Positions 12,405 through 23,468 of a stretch of DNA of 64,000 nt are shown one piece after another. The position numbers and the translations under genes were made by a program. The DNA comes from Utricularia gibba (taxonomy: Eukaryota > Plantae > Magnoliophyta): contig NEEC01000014.1 of NCBI GenBank assembly GCA_002189035.1, forward strand, positions 1,054,001 through 1,118,000. The letters run 5' to 3'. How positions within the stretch are numbered: position 1 is the stretch's first letter; every line of letters begins with the position of its first letter. The notes below the pieces were generated by a model. That model made no database searches and was not told the DNA's origin. It saw only the letters and a program-made list of their open reading frames with translations.

Positions 12405-13270
12405 AGCATGTATATCTGTAATTATACCAATCAGCATCATCTTTACTCTGGATTCCCTGTTTTATTTCCTCATCTAGTTTGCTTGTACATAGGTTATCTG
12501 ACTGTGAATAACTGTAGGAATTCAGTTTAGGAGCTGCAAGAATTAGCATGTTAGAAATATGTTAGCTCCTGTCCCTATGATATGATTCATTTGATGACTG
12601 TGAAGTTGGTTGCTTCAAAGTAGTTAAAGAAAATTATTCTGCTTCAGCATAAAAAAAGTAGACAAGAACAACATGGAGATAGCTTAACAATCACAAAAGC
12701 AGGTTATCTGCTGGACATGTAGTTTTATCTTATCCCAGATGCATTCTTTTAGAGCTGTATTCCAGAGTTAACAGGGAGCACATAAATTTAGCGCTATGCT
12801 CCATGTCATGGACGGAGTCATACTGAGAGGTTGTAAACGTATGCTTATCACTACACTAACATACTCTGATCTGACAACGGGAGCCTGAGAATTGAAACTG
12901 GGTCGTGATATGGAGGGATCATGAACATTACTGGCATTGATTGAGTACCAAATAATGTGCTTATGGGGATGCGGCAAGGTTCGTTTCTGTTGCTTTTGCA
13001 TGCATTAGGACATGTTCTTGCGTTGGACAATGGACTTTGCCGCAGATCTGGTATCCCAAGATTAATTTTCCATGGATACATACAAAGAGGCAGAACAAAT
13101 TCTGTGTGTTGTAAAGTGAAGACAGAAGAAGAAAATGATACACCCATGTGAAAAGTTCAGTCATCTTTTCCTTTTTGTTGTAAGCAGAAGCATCATAACA
13201 GTAGGTTTATGAGTTGCCTGAGTAAGTGTAGCTGTGCTGTTGTCGGTTGAATGCAACGCATTGTATGATC

Positions 13271-15725
13271 ATGAGCTTACTTGAAGATTGTGAAGAAGAA
13301 AATTTTTTTTTATTGAGAGACATCATTCACACACATGATCCAGATGATCGTTGGCTCGATACGGAGCTACTGCTGCACCTGGTGGAAAGAACTTTATGCT
13401 CCATCATGAAAGATGAACCTGTCTGTTGGTGTCGTTGATTTTGAACTGTTTGTTTTCAATACGGCCGTCTCTGAAGCTTCTCCTGTTTTTCATCAGGCAA
13501 ACGGGTTGCAAGCTGATGCAGTCGAAATTGATCTGGTGGGATCCCAGAAGCCAATTTCACTAGTGATGAACAGGTTATCCGCTGAGGTAACTAGACTTCT
13601 CCTTTACAGCCGTACAGCCGCTGTTTCTTTTTTCTGGTTGAATCGAAAATTGGAGTCTTTGTTTGCTAGATGCTCCATGGGCAGTGTTCTGTGGAAGACA
13701 ATACACACATGAAAACACTGGCCTTACTCCAAATCCTCAGTCAATATGAGTGGGAGGCAAAGATGGTTCTTGCACTTGGTTCCTTTGCTTCTATTTTTGG
13801 ATCGTTTCGTCTCATACAGAGGCTGCAAACTGGTAATGATTTGGGATTACTCCTTGCAAAAATGATGCAAATCCCCATGGCTCTGGATACCCTTAATCCA
13901 AAGATGAAGGCTATGGACATGCTGGTAAAAACCATGGTGACGCTCTCAAAGAAAGTAGTAAGTTTCCAAGATATGCATTGGCTCGATGAGTATTTAGACG
14001 GAAAAGTTGCAATCTTTTCCAAGTCGAAGATTGTCATAGCTACTTATTGGATGTTGAAGAGCATACTGGAGTGCTCGAATCAGCTTCGAGATTTCAGGAT
14101 CTCGAATATTGAGCAAGTGCATGTTCTTTCTCTTCCCAAACTGCCTGTTAAATCTCCCTTGTTGCGTTTCAGCTTTCTGATCCAATGACACTCTACAGGC
14201 ATTGTGATAGAGCCGTGGGATCAGCTTGGAAACTCCACAGTTTAGGAAGTAAGCTCAACAGCTTGGAGAACGAAATCGGAGCATATATAAACAAATATCA
14301 GAAGCTGATAGGTATCTTTGTATCAGCAAAGTTAGTTTTTTTTCATTGTTCTGAGTTCAATACCGACTGGCAGAGACAAAGTTGCACAAGAAGCTGGAGA
14401 CTATGTACAATGAGAAACAAGTTGACAACCAGAATGCCCTGAGCAGCTTATTTCCTTCAAGGAATCAATTCCCTCTCAAGAAACTCTCCACAGGGGATAA
14501 GGTGGTTCTTTGTTATTCTTCTTGCAAACTGACTTTGGTTCTTTGTCAGTGACTTAGTTTTGTGTCCTTGTCACTTCCTGACAGTGTGGATTCATAGATC
14601 TAAAAGATATGGTTGTAATAATCTTAATCTCAAAACCTGAGCTGCTACCCTTGGAGAAGCTGTTCTTGTTGATGCAAAGGATTTCTCCTCATTCACAACC
14701 AGAAAAGCTTGCTGTACTCTGGGTTCCCATCTCATCTTCGAATGAATGGAGCCGAATCGATAGAGAAAATTTCAACTTCTTCTCAAATCACTTGACATGG
14801 TTTGCCATCAGAAGGCCATGGTCTCTGAATCCATTCACTCTGAACTTCATCAGACGAGAGTGGAAGTTCAATGAGGAACCCATGATGATCATATTGAATG
14901 AAAATGGGGTGATAACCAACACAGATGCTACCAGCATGATTTGGTTATGGGGATCAAAAGGGTATCCGTTTTCATCTTCAAGAGAAAAGGATCTCTTGGA
15001 TACAGATTCCGGTGCTTTTGATATCATTATTGATGGAATCAGCCCTTTGTTAGCTAAGTGGGTAGGCATCTTCACCTTTTCTTCACGCAGTTCATTCATA
15101 TTTTCTTGAACTGAACTCAAGGAACTTTGATCTTTCACTGTGCTAGTTAACTGATGGCAAAACCCTCTGCTTATATGGGAGTCAGAACCTAGACTGGGCC
15201 ATCAGATTCAGTGCAGGTTTAAAGAGGATACCGAGTTCCAAATTCGAGCTCCATGGCGTATACGTTGGATCCAAGAACAATGCTGAACGAACCAGAGCCA
15301 TTGCAGAGCTCATCACTACAGAAAACTTAAGCCTCTGCTTACCTTCAGCCATGGCGCATTTGTTCTGGCTCCAGTTATCTATACTCGCGAACACGTTCCG
15401 CCATGGAACCCGATCGAAACTAGCGAACAAGCTGACAGAGCTGCTAGACTACAACGAGAACTGGGTTATCATAGGAAACTCACAATACGCAGCAACACTT
15501 GATGACGAACAGATCAATTGTTTGGTGGAGGGAATTCCTTTACATGTGCCGGAGATCGGCTTGACGGGTGCGACTGGAGGCGCGGTTGAGCCTCCGTCCG
15601 ACAGAAAAGCTTGCTGCTTTGAACAAGTTGTTCCTTATGAAAACGGACTCATCGGAAAAACCGCAACATGCAGCTCCTGCAAACGCCCCATGGTGAAGTT
15701 CGTCGTGTTCAAATGTGAAGGATGA
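13271..15725 (+). CDS. SEOC: SIEVE ELEMENT OCCLUSION C-type protein
   Basis: Exons 13271-13420, 13497-13586, 13670-14112, 14199-14311, 14374-14501, 14585-15061, 15147-15725. Motifs HTHDPDDRWLDTE, YEWEAKMVLALGSFA, WFAIRRPW, MIWLWGSKGYPF, and C-terminal zinc-type motif CSSCKRPMVKFVVFKCE. ATG 13265 is an alternative start. Confidence 0.88.
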
Positions 15726-16252
15726 ACCTAGAAAACGATTGCCTGTGTGTTTTTGAGATGCTTTAAAATGGTTCGTTTTAAACATAATTTTCACGTGTTT
15801 AATTTATTTTTTTGAATATAATATAACTATCATTTAGTGAAAATCATTCATATAATTAAATGAAAATATGTGAAGTACTATCTTAAAAATAGACCTTTAT
15901 TTTATGATTGGATTTAATTCGAATCGTTCAATAAATCAACACAATTCTCATAAAAAAATTATATATATAATTTTTTTGATTACTAATGATTTTTTTTAGT
16001 TCAATGAAATTTATATTATATATAGTCATATGATATAAATATCATTTAAAGTTTGTATTCAAAATTAAATATTTATGATTATTTTTTTTGTAGTGTTTAG
16101 TGGGGAAGGGACATGGGGTATCTTGAACAGAAGGCCGGTGAAAATAAAGCATGCGGTGGGTTGCCGGCATTTGTCTCTGTAAGCAAGCCAAGAACAGGGT
16201 TCGCTTTCACTTTGCTTCATCCCATGTTTCAGAAGCTACCTCTTTTCACTGC

Positions 16253-16259
16253 TATAAAA
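16253..16259 (+). promoter_or_regulatory. TATA box of SEOb gene
   Basis: TATAAAA 62 nt upstream of ATG 16321. Confidence 0.5.
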
Positions 16260-16320
16260 CCTGCCCATCCCCATGGCATGACACCAGCATCCCCCACCTT
16301 CCCTTCTCTTGTCATCAGCC

Positions 16321-19080
16321 ATGGCAGCCATCCCAAGCCAGCCGCCTGTGTTGAGATCCTCCGTCCAGTCTGCGCCGCAGGGGCCGGTCATCGATAAACC
16401 CCATGAAGTCGATCATGCCACTCCCATTAAGCCTCTGACCTCCATTGTGCCCTACGGCCGGAGCTCGGCCGTGAGGGGAGACCGCCAGCTGTACTCCGAT
16501 GAGAGTGCCCTCACTAAACAGATCGAAGCCACCAACGCCGTCGATGTCGAGGAGATCAATGTACGGTCGGTTCTGTCCGTCGTTGAGGACATTCTGCGCC
16601 TGGCTAGGCCGTCTACTTTTGAGATCACTACTACTAACACTACCGCCGGCGGCCATCAGGTACTGTATGGCTTTTTCTATATCGGTTGAGATTTGAATTT
16701 TGAAAAATGACAATCAGTTCGTGTCTGATCTCAAAGATTAAGACACTTGAAGATTCAAAGGCTGCCCATTATCATTCAACCGATGACAAGATTGGGCTCC
16801 CCTCTCACGCCAGGAGCTTCCACAGCGTTGGCTCTGATCATGACTCTGAGATTCTCAAGATTCTCGCTTATCACATAAACAGAATTCACTGTGAGGTGAT
16901 ACCACTTTCAAGAAATATATATGCTTTTGCCAAAATTTAGGGATGATGCCATTGTTTATGTGGTAACAGTTGATAGCGAAATGCACTGGTGGTGGAGAGT
17001 CGCACGCAGTGACCATGGAACTTCTGAAGTCTCTTTCCCACTACGCATGGGATGCGAAAGTTGTGATCTCTCTAGCAGCTTTCTCAATCATCTACGGGGA
17101 GTTCTGGCTGGTGGAGCAGCTCCACACCAAGAATCCATTGGCTAGAAGCATTGCTGCTCTCAAGGATCTCCCTGGGATATTGGCTCACCCCGAGGAACTG
17201 CGCAAGAAAATAGAAGGCGTTCTCGAATTACTCACCGTGGTGCTCAAAGTGACACGGTGCATTGTTGAGTTTAAGGAGCTCCCTTCACAATATATCAGCC
17301 GCCAGTCGCCGGAGATCATGGTGGCGACAGCGCACATCCCCACGGGTGTTTACTGGGTCGTGAGGAGTCTGCTTGTTTGTGCCTCAACTATCGTCAACCT
17401 CATCGGTGCTGGCCATGAGTATGTCCAACACCTCTTTAACATTACCCTCGAAAGCCTATCATAACTTCCAGGTTTCATATTAATGATTCAGGTACATTTC
17501 TTCAACTGCTGAGTCGTGGGAGATTCTGAACCTTGCTCACAAGCTTTCTGTCATACTCGAACATCTGCAAAACCAACTCAGGATCTGCACCGAGTTAATT
17601 GGTTAGTTGAAGATGGTGTCTGGTCTTTTCAACCTCGGTGAGCTTGAGAATGATGCTATTTTTTTGACAGACAGGAAGAAGCACCAAGATATGTACGATG
17701 ATTTTGTGGAGTTAATGAAGGCTGTTCACATTGACAACATGCCAGTAGTCACTGGTATCATTCCCTCTAAAGAGAATCTGAAGCCACTTTACAATGGAAC
17801 AAGACGAACACATGTTTGTAATCTTTTCTTCTTTTTCTGATTGCTTCACTTCAAAGGGGAGTGATTACATGTGTTGATTGACACCTTTCCAGGAATCCCT
17901 GGAAGCTTTGAGGCTCAAGTATGTGCTCCTGCTGATCACAGACCTGGAGGTTCCTACTGAGGAGATAAATGTTCTCCACATGATCTACAGCCAAACTGCC
18001 AATAGGCATGAGTACGAGGTCCTTTGGCTTCCCATCCTCGACTCCAAGACACCGATAACGCAGTTTCAAGAATCAACCTTCCTCAGTCTCAGGAACAGCA
18101 TGCCTTGGTACTCCGTGGATCATCCCGCCTTGGTCGCCCCTGTGGCCATTCGATACATCAGGGAGCATTGGAAATTCGTCCACATGCCTATTCTAGTTGT
18201 CTTGAATCCCCAGGGGAAGCCCTCAAACCTTGATGCTTTGCCCATGATGTGGATCTGGGGGAGCTCAGGCTTCGACTTCACTAGATACAGAGAGATCGCT
18301 CTATGGCAGGGAAGTGTCTGGAACATGGAGTTGGTCGCAGACAACACTGATCCTCGTATCCCCGAATGGGTATGTGTGTGCACACATCAATCAATGAATC
18401 AGTATCGTGCTTCCTGGTTTTACAGCTAACGGAAGATTCTGCATTTGTAGATGAGATTGGAACGGGTGATCTGCCTCTACGGCGGCGAAGACATCGAATG
18501 GATCCGGAGCTTCACCCGGCTAGCGAAATCGGTGGCCGACGCTCTGCGCGTCCCTCTGGAAATGCTGTACGTGGGGAAACGCAACCCCAAGGAGAAGGTC
18601 CGGAGGTGCCACGAAGCCATCCAGCGCGAGAACCTCAGCCACTTCTTCCCAATCCAGGATCACACCGATTACGTGTGGTACTTCTGGGTACGCCTCTGGA
18701 GCATGTGGAGCTCCAAGAAGCAGATCGGGATGAACGTCGAAAGCGACCCGATAATGCAGGAGATCATGGACATGCTGACCTTCGACAGCAGCGAGCAGGG
18801 GTGGGCAGTTTTCAGCCGCGGCAACTACGAGATCACCAAAGGAAGCGGAGGGAAGGTGATCCAAGTCCTGGAGAACAACGCGCAGTGGACTGGCAGAGTC
18901 GATCACCCCAGCAAGTTCGTGGAAGTACTGGACGAGGAGCTCCGTGGTGTCCATCCGGAACACCACTGCCACCGTCTCATTCTTCCAGGGCACGCCTGGG
19001 GGATCCCGGAGAAGGTCTCCTGCTCGGAGTGCGGGAAGATCATGGACAAATTCGTCATGTACCGATGCTGCGACGAGTAA
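16321..19080 (+). CDS. SEOB: SIEVE ELEMENT OCCLUSION B-type (SEOR1-like) phloem P-protein
   Basis: Exons 16321-16659, 16737-16895, 16970-17418, 17492-17601, 17671-17813, 17893-18369, 18451-19080, all GT-AG. Motifs YAWDAKVVISLAAF, YEVLWLPI, MPWYSV, MMWIWGS, HHCHRLILP, CSECGKIMDKFVMYRCCDE. Confidence 0.93.
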
Positions 19081-19526
19081 CCAGCTCCTCTTGGAGATCA
19101 TGTGTGTCTGCGCCTCCTCTTCTTCTGCAATAACTGTTAACCTCGTACTTTTTCCCCATGTTTGAGCACGTTGCTGCTCATCTTCCCTTCCCTGAATAAA
19201 AGTCCCTGAGTCCGTACATCATCATCCCCAAAATTATCTACTACATCACTCTGACATCATCATTATATCATAATAATAATATGAATTTATGCTTCAAAAA
19301 AATTTAATAGAATTATTTATTAAAGATGCAGAATTTTTATTTATATATTATGAGAAGTATTTATTAAAAATTAATTTTGAGAAATTATATGGAATAGAAT
19401 TTTAATATTATGATTTAGTGGGCATTGGGTTGGGCTGGGAGGGCTACCGTTAGGAGGCCCAAATTCCAGAGAGGCCCAGTTAATACGCCTGAGGAATTGA
19501 GATGGATGATTTCTGTGTTGCCAAGA

Positions 19527-20443
19527 ATGGGGAAGTGGGAGTTGATCGAGCTGCATAGATATTCTTCGGGTTGGGGGAGAGTGGTGGATGATATCGTCAG
19601 GATTGAGAAAAGGGTTTTTCCGAAACACGAATCCCTAGCGAGGTCGTTCGATGAGGAGCTTAGAAAGAAGAATTGTGGATTGGTGTACGCTCAAATTGGG
19701 GACGAAGTCGCCGGCTATGCCATGTATTCTTGGCCCTCTTCGCTCTGTGCTACCATCACCAAAATCGCAGGTACCTTTTTAGTATTGATAATGTTGAAGC
19801 AGGGAGAAAGATCCATTTTTGTATTGCCGTTTCAGTTTTAATGATGCCTTCGTATGGGAAGCAGGATATTTCTGGTGAGATTGTATGGCTGGATACATGG
19901 AATCCAAAATGGAAATATATGTGATCAAAACGAAAATGAGTTGGTTGACAACCGCTCCTTTTTTGTTGTTTTTGTTGGATTAAAGCATCACCAATTGTTT
20001 CTTGGAAACCGAATGAAGCTTTGCTGCAAGTGGGCTTTCGAACGTTGACATGATCAGATAAAGGATTGAATTTCTTTTCATACAGATATGATAGATTGCA
20101 CGTTGTGGCATCTACATATCATGAAATCTTGCTTGTCAGAATGAACATTGCGCTTCCATCTCATAATCATTCTCTTTCGTTTCTGAATGAAAACACAGTG
20201 AGAGAGAGCTATCAAGGGCAGGGCTTGGGAGAAGCATTGGCCAGATATGCTATTGAGAAATGTAGGGTGAGAAGGATCCATAGAGTGCAACTACATGTTG
20301 ATCCCACAAGAATCCCAGCCATGAATCTCTACAAGAAACTCGGCTTCGAGGTCGATAGTTTAGTCGAAGGATACTACTCATCCAGCAGGGACGCCTACAG
20401 AATGTACTTGGATCTCGTTGCAGACACTGTTGGTTGCCACTGA
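19527..20443 (+). CDS. GNAT-family N-acetyltransferase (RimI-like, At2g04845-like)
   Basis: Exons 19527-19770 and 20199-20443. Motifs FPKHESLA, YAMYSWPSSL, acetyl-CoA motif QGQGLGEAL, LHVDPTR..AMNLYKKLGF, YY..RDAYRM. Confidence 0.92.
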
Positions 20444-20670
20444 ATTTTGAACTGACTGTCAACCTTGTTTTTTGAAAAAGCCTTGGTGTTGTAATATTAT
20501 CCTTTTGGGAAGAATATTATTAAAATATTTGGTAATGATAAACCTGCCATTTTTGAATTCTCCTTTGCCTGTTCCTCTTCCTCCTTTCTGAACTTTCTGA
20601 AGTCGAACTCGTCTTCTTTCTCTGATTAAAAGTTGAAAATTTTTTGAAACTTTAAATTATTATTTTCGGA

Positions 20671-20690
20671 AGAGAGAGAGAGAGAGAGAG
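20671..20690. repeat. (AG)10 microsatellite
   Basis: Seen directly, upstream of the MKP1-like gene. Confidence 0.9.
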
Positions 20691-21182
20691 TTTGATCAAA
20701 CTCAACAGGTTTGACTTGGCTCAAACAAATCATATCCCAGATATGTGTCTACGAATTATCTCTGGGAGGCGCTCTGTTTACGTTGGTGTGCTGCATACTG
20801 CGCCGAGTCGAAGGAACGATTGACGTAGTTCTGGTAAGTGTCGTCTTTCTGGGTCGGGATAGTTGAACTTCATATGGCAATTTTTTGTTAATTTCAGCTT
20901 GTTTTCCGATTCTTTTTGTGGGTACTGCGCGTTCGAGTTCCCCATGTTGGTTTCGTGTTTTTCATAAGGAAAAATTGTTTTTTTTTTGGAGTTTTGTGGT
21001 GCTTTCGATCGGTTTCTGATTAGTCGTAGTGGTCTTTGATTCGGCTTCGCATTTTCTCTCCTGAAGCTTTATGTTTCTGTGCACCATTGGTGCTGCAGTT
21101 GAAAGGTGTTCATGTTCGCTGAAAAAAAGTTGAATATATGTGTTAATACTTGATTGCAAGAGCCCCTTAATACAGTCCAGAA

Positions 21183-22881
21183 ATGTTACGAGAGGAAGAG
21201 AAAGATTCAGCATCTGGTGGGAGTTGGAAGACATATTCTAGATCGATGTCATGGACAGAATGTCCGCCGCGGAAGTTGAGCTCTAAGCCTCTATGGAACA
21301 GCAAGGCCAGGGCGTGTTTGCCTCCTCTGCAGCCTCTGAGCATCGTCCGGCCCAGTGTAGAAGAATGGCCTAAACCTGGCTCTGATGATACCGGCATATG
21401 GACAGCTCCTCCTACTCCAACTGCTGTTTATCTCGGGTCTGTAGCCTCTTGTGAGACATCGACTTCAGCTGTGCCTTCGAAAGACAGGCATGTTTCATTC
21501 AATAAAGAATGCTCCAAAGTTTTGGATCATGTGTATGTGGGATGTAATTCTGTGGCCAAGGATCGAGAGATGCTTCACCAGAATAGGATTACACATGTAC
21601 TGAACTGTGTCGGCTACTCCTATCCAGAATATTTCAAGAATGAGTTAGTGTACAAGACACTTTGGCTGCAGGACAGCCCATCTGAGGATATAACAAGCGT
21701 GCTCTATGATGTGTTTGATTATTTTGAGGAGATTCTGGAACACGGAGGCCGTGTGCTTGTTCATTGCTGCCGGGGTGTTTCACGTTCAACTTCACTGGTA
21801 ACAGCAGATGAGCTTTTCTGATGCCTTCCAACAAGTGAAAGCAGCTAGAAGAGTGGCTGATCCTAACGTTGGCTTTGCCTGCCAACTTATGCAATGGCAG
21901 AAGCGTGTGCATGCATTGCCTCCCAGCCCAAACTCATCCCTCCGAATCTACAGGATGGCACCTCACTCACCTTATGATCCTCTTCATATCGTACCAAAGA
22001 TGGTGTGTGAACCAGGTAAAGATAATACACTTGATTCTCGCGGTGCATTCCTTGTTATAATTCCTTCAGCTATATTTATTTGGATTGGAAAACAATGCCC
22101 ACAACTGATGTCAGAGGGTGCCATGAGAGCTGCCAACCAAGCCATTCGATATGAAAGGGCTGAGGGCCGAGCGGTAACTGTTAAAGAAAAAGAAGAGACT
22201 TTGGAGTTTTGGGATGCTTTCGGTTTTAGAAAAGGTTTAGATGGCATCTGGGGTGTAACATCTGAAAAGGAAACAAGGCCTGCGCCAGGATCTAATGTGG
22301 AAGCTGAATGCTTGGCTCAAAGGAAAGTGGACAAGTATGATTCAGATTTTGAAGTCTTTTGGAATGCGCTTGCTGGTGGAGTGATTCCTCCTTTATTATC
22401 TGGAGCAGAACCTGAGATATGCGTTCCTGCTAGAGAGAGCAGATGGGCTGCGTCAAGAGAGAAGCTTGTTTCAGATGATGTCATGGCCCCTTTGGAAGTG
22501 AACCCAAGACAGACCAAGATGGATGCTATCCCAGAGACACACGAGAATAAGGGACTTGATGACACTTCATCCACTCCAGATGTTTGTAGATCTTCAAGGT
22601 CTCAAGGGGGGTCACCCAATTCATCAGCTTCGTATCTTACCTGCAGCTCAAGCTGGTCCAATGACAAGATAAAAGAACCAGAATTCCCCATTAATTTGTT
22701 TTCCCGGTCTCCTTCCTTTAGTTTGGTAGAGTCATTCTCTTCGATTTATCTCCCAAAGCACCATTCAAGCTCACCAGCATCGTCGGTTTCATCTTCAACG
22801 CCCGATTATTCAAGTCCATTCACTTTCTCTCCCTCATCATCTAATTGCTCTGACTCATCTCCTGCTTCTTCATCTCCTTAA
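21183..22881 (+). pseudogene. MKP1: MAP kinase phosphatase 1-like dual-specificity phosphatase with gelsolin-like domain, disrupted as written
   Basis: ORF 21183-21821 (KARACLPPLQPL, KECSKVLDHVY, WLQDSPSEDIT, catalytic VHCCRGVSRS) and out-of-frame ORF 21808-22881 (DAFQQVKAAR, MAPHSPYDPLH, LDSRGAF). The AYLMW segment expected between them is missing. May be a real lesion or an assembly error. Confidence 0.75.
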
Positions 22882-23468
22882 GGTCAGCCTTCTCTATACA
22901 AACTTGAATCCGGAGATATTCCTCCTAGTAGGACCCTTGGCATATGCTTCCGGAAGTTGGTATAGTTCCACTAATTAATCAGAAGAACTAGTGAACGCCT
23001 GTGATCCATCGATGGGAGAAAACTTGTGTTCAAGGTCTGAAGAAGCTGCAGCATCCCTTCCTGATTCTACACTTACCCTTCCTTTTCCTCAAGTAATCTC
23101 AGTCAACAGGGATGAAGCTCCTCAGGAGGGGCATAGTGTTGCCATTCGACTCTCAAGGGATGAACCTACTGAACTTCTGCTCCTCTTGTATCATTTCTCT
23201 TCAGAGAGATGAACACTTTCCAGATTGCTGATATGTATATAGATGATGCATGTGGTTACCAGAGACATCAGGCTGTCTCATTGCTGGTTCTACTGTTCTT
23301 TCTTATTGTTATGAACTTGCAAGACACCTTGCTACAGTTCGTTTGCAATTTCCAACTCCATGATCAACTATATAGATTTGATAAATGTAAGTCACAAGAG
23401 ACAACATCATCCTAAGGTGAGAGATCAGACACTACCTAAAGCCTTAAAAACATACAGGAATTTTCTTG

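Noticed and set aside
12768-13164. Several 64-98 aa ORFs between RCC1 and SEOc, one with a hydrophobic stretch
   Set aside because: No recognisable motif, mutually overlapping on both strands, and located in UTR/promoter space.
15147-15351. Apparent frameshift in the last SEOc exon, because the ORF track starts only at 15351
   Set aside because: Re-reading shows the frame is open from the acceptor at 15147 (LTDGKTLCLYGSQNLDW...KFELHGVYVGSKN). There is simply no start codon upstream.
18520-19101. Long antisense or shadow ORFs over SEOb exon 7 (also 35021-35494, 56298-56795, 60396-60962, 60656-61141)
   Set aside because: They overlap well-supported genes, have no recognisable domains, and are expected from codon bias.
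21798-21807. 10-nt GT-AG micro-intron in MKP1
   Set aside because: Far below the minimum spliceable length, and splicing it would still leave the AYLMW helix missing.
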